Positions 61,998-64,000 of a stretch of DNA of 64,000 bases are shown one piece after another. How positions within the stretch are numbered: position 1 is the stretch's first letter; each line of letters opens with the position of its first letter. Source of the DNA: an uncultured delta proteobacterium (GTDB lineage: Bacteria > Myxococcota_A > Polyangia > Fen-1088); the NCBI GenBank assembly GCA_963737265.1, contig CAVTRY010000007.1:462529-526528 (forward strand), written 5' to 3'. A model generated the notes under the pieces. It did no database searches, was not told where the DNA came from, and saw only the letters and a list, made by a program, of their open reading frames with translations. A program made the position numbers and the translations under genes.

Positions 61998-63539
61998 CTA
62001 GGGGCGGGTGCCGAAGGAGGGGCGGCCGGTCAGCTCGGGCAGCACCCGGTAGGCGTCCCTGACCCAGGCACACAGCAGCAGCCTGGAGTCCCTGGGGTCG
62101 ATCATGTCCTGGACACCGAAGTGTTCCGCCGTCCGGAACGGGGAGCTGACCGCGGCCAGCTCCCGCCGGATCCGCTCGATCTCCGCGTCCCGGTCCGCGG
62201 CCTGGTCGAGCTGCGCTCGGAACGCCGCCTCGACGCCGCCCTGCACCGGCAGGGAACCCCAGTCCCCCGACGGCCACGCCCAGCTGCGCCCCGCCCGGTG
62301 CCGGTTGACGATGCCCGCGCCGCCCACCCCGTAGACCCGCCGGACGATCAGCTCGGCCTGCGGGACCCGGGCCTGGTACACCGCGGCGATGGCCCGGGCG
62401 CCGTGCCGGATCGTGCCGCGCTCCTCGGCGACCCGCCCGATGGCCAGGCCGCCCTGATCGGTGAGGCTGACGATCGGCAGGTGGAACGTCTCGCACAGGT
62501 CGGCCAGCCGGGTGACCGCCAGGGCTCCCTCGACCGACATGGTGGTGCCGCGGTAAGGGTCGGTGCCGATGACCCCGACCGGGTGGCCGTCCAGGCGGGC
62601 CAGCGCGGTCACCATCGCGCCGCCGTACTCGGCGTACCGCAGCACCGAGCCGCGGTCGAAGACCGCATCCAGGATCGGCGCCAGCCGGTAGGGCGTGCGC
62701 GGGCTACGCGGGATCGCGGCCGCGAGCGCCTCCTCCCGGCGGTCCGCCGGGTCGTCGCAGGCCAGCACCGGCGGCAGTTCGTACACGCTGCCCGGCAGGT
62801 AGGACAGGAAGCTCCGGGCCAGCGCGAACGCGGCATATTCGGAGTCGGCGAACCGCTCGATCGTGCCGTTGCGGCGGTGCACGTCCGCCCCGCCAAGCTG
62901 CTGCTTGGTCAGGTCTTCACCGGTACCGCCGAGCACCACCGGTGGCCCCGCCGTGAACAGCTGGCCGATTTCTTCGACCAGGACGGCCAGATGCGACATA
63001 ACCAGGCGCCCGGCGCCGAGGCCGACCGTGGGGCCCAGGCACAAGGCGACCACGGGGATGACCGACAAGTTGTCCACCACGGCGTCCCATGCGGGGTTGA
63101 CCGGCACATAGGTGTACCCGGCGTCCTGGGCCATCTTCACGCTGCCGCCCCCACTGGCCCCGTCAAGCAGGCGGATCACCGGCAGCCGCATCTGGTTCGC
63201 GTACTGCTCGGAGAAGACCTGCTTGGCGTGGATGGCCGCGTCGCCGGAGCCGCCCCGTACGGTGAAGTCGTCGGCGCCGATCAGCACCGGGCGCCCGTCG
63301 ATGCGCGCGGTGCCCGCCACGAAGTTGGCTGGCAGGACCGAGGTGAGGCGGCCCTCGTCGTCGTAGTCAGCGAAGCCGGTCAGGGCACCGATCTCGGCGA
63401 AGCTGCCTGGGTCGGCCAGCCGCTCGATGCGCTCGCGGACGGTGAGCCGGCCGGCGGCCCGCTGCCGTGCCACCTTCTGCGGGCCGCCCATGGCCAGCGC
63501 CGCCTCCCGGCGCCTGCGGATCTCCTCGATCTCCGGCAT
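61998..63539 (-). CDS. Acyl-CoA carboxylase carboxyltransferase subunit
   Basis: AMGG..GRLTVRERI, DFTVRGGS, LFTAGPPVV, IDPRDSR. Confidence 0.9.
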   Translation of the reverse strand: MPEIEEIRRRREAALAMGGPQKVARQRAAGRLTVRERIERLADPGSFAEIGALTGFADYDDEGRLTSVLPANFVAGTARIDGRPVLIGADDFTVRGGSGDAAIHAKQVFSEQYANQMRLPVIRLLDGASGGGSVKMAQDAGYTYVPVNPAWDAVVDNLSVIPVVALCLGPTVGLGAGRLVMSHLAVLVEEIGQLFTAGPPVVLGGTGEDLTKQQLGGADVHRRNGTIERFADSEYAAFALARSFLSYLPGSVYELPPVLACDDPADRREEALAAAIPRSPRTPYRLAPILDAVFDRGSVLRYAEYGGAMVTALARLDGHPVGVIGTDPYRGTTMSVEGALAVTRLADLCETFHLPIVSLTDQGGLAIGRVAEERGTIRHGARAIAAVYQARVPQAELIVRRVYGVGGAGIVNRHRAGRSWAWPSGDWGSLPVQGGVEAAFRAQLDQAADRDAEIERIRRELAAVSSPFRTAEHFGVQDMIDPRDSRLLLCAWVRDAYRVLPELTGRPSFGTRP

Positions 63540-63722
63540 CCAGCCCTGCTGCCCGGGCCCTGCCTGGTCCCCTGCTCCGGCCACCGCCGCCTCGCAATGT
63601 CGAGAAACACCTGCCGGGTGATCCTCGCACGGCGGCCACGGTTCAGCGTCGAGCGGAGATAGCACGGGAAGCTCAGGCAAGCGCGGCCCGTGCCGGAGGC
63701 GGCGGTCGGGCAGGATGGGGGC

Positions 63723-64000
63723 GTGCCCCGTCATGCGCCACGCCACGATCACGATGCCGGCGGCCCAGCGGAACTGCTGGCCGCCAAGGCCGCCCTCAGG
63801 GAACAGGTGTGGGCCGCGATGAGCGCGGCGCGGGTGGCCAGGTTCCCCGGCGCGGCGGGGCGGATCCCAACTTCACCGGTGCCGAGGCGGCCGCGGAGCG
63901 GCTACGGGAGCTACCGGAATGGCGGCAGGCCCGTACGCTGAAGGCCAACCCGGACTCGGCGCAGCTTCCGGTGCGCCAGCGCGCCCTCCAGGACGGCAAG
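63723..64000 (+). CDS. 5-formyltetrahydrofolate cyclo-ligase-like protein, partial and frameshifted
   Basis: AKAALREQVW..ARFPGAAGRIP(N)FTGAEAAA..LKANPDSAQLPVRQRALQDGK. Confidence 0.8.

Overview
Very GC-rich actinobacterial chromosomal DNA; the gene set and order look Streptosporangiales/Streptomyces-like (inference). The core backbone is proS, nudC, an M20 dipeptidase, adnAB, an alkyltransferase-like protein, moeZ, an Rv3235-like gene, secA and a ycaQ-like gene, mixed with transporters and regulators. About a dozen genes, including essential secA, are split by small indels, which points to uncorrected long-read errors rather than real decay. Two accessory blocks stand out. The first (24.6-28.8 kb) packs three toxin-antitoxin pairs, gene scraps, two copies of a GATCA-palindrome repeat and a transposase-less 1.09-kb element with IS66-like GTAA ends and a near-perfect 8-bp target duplication, carrying an NAD-dependent epimerase. 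The second (33.2-39.3 kb) holds a tnpA-deleted IS605/tnpB element whose TCAA end rebuilds the stop codon of an orphan DNA adenine methyltransferase, plus a GT87-like protein, back-to-back GNAT/LacI remnants and a GH16-CBM6 glucanase. Many operator and promoter motifs are readable (PafBC-like, MerR, TetR, SARP, TA operators). No rRNA, tRNA or CRISPR array was found. All family calls come from motif recognition by eye, without database searches.
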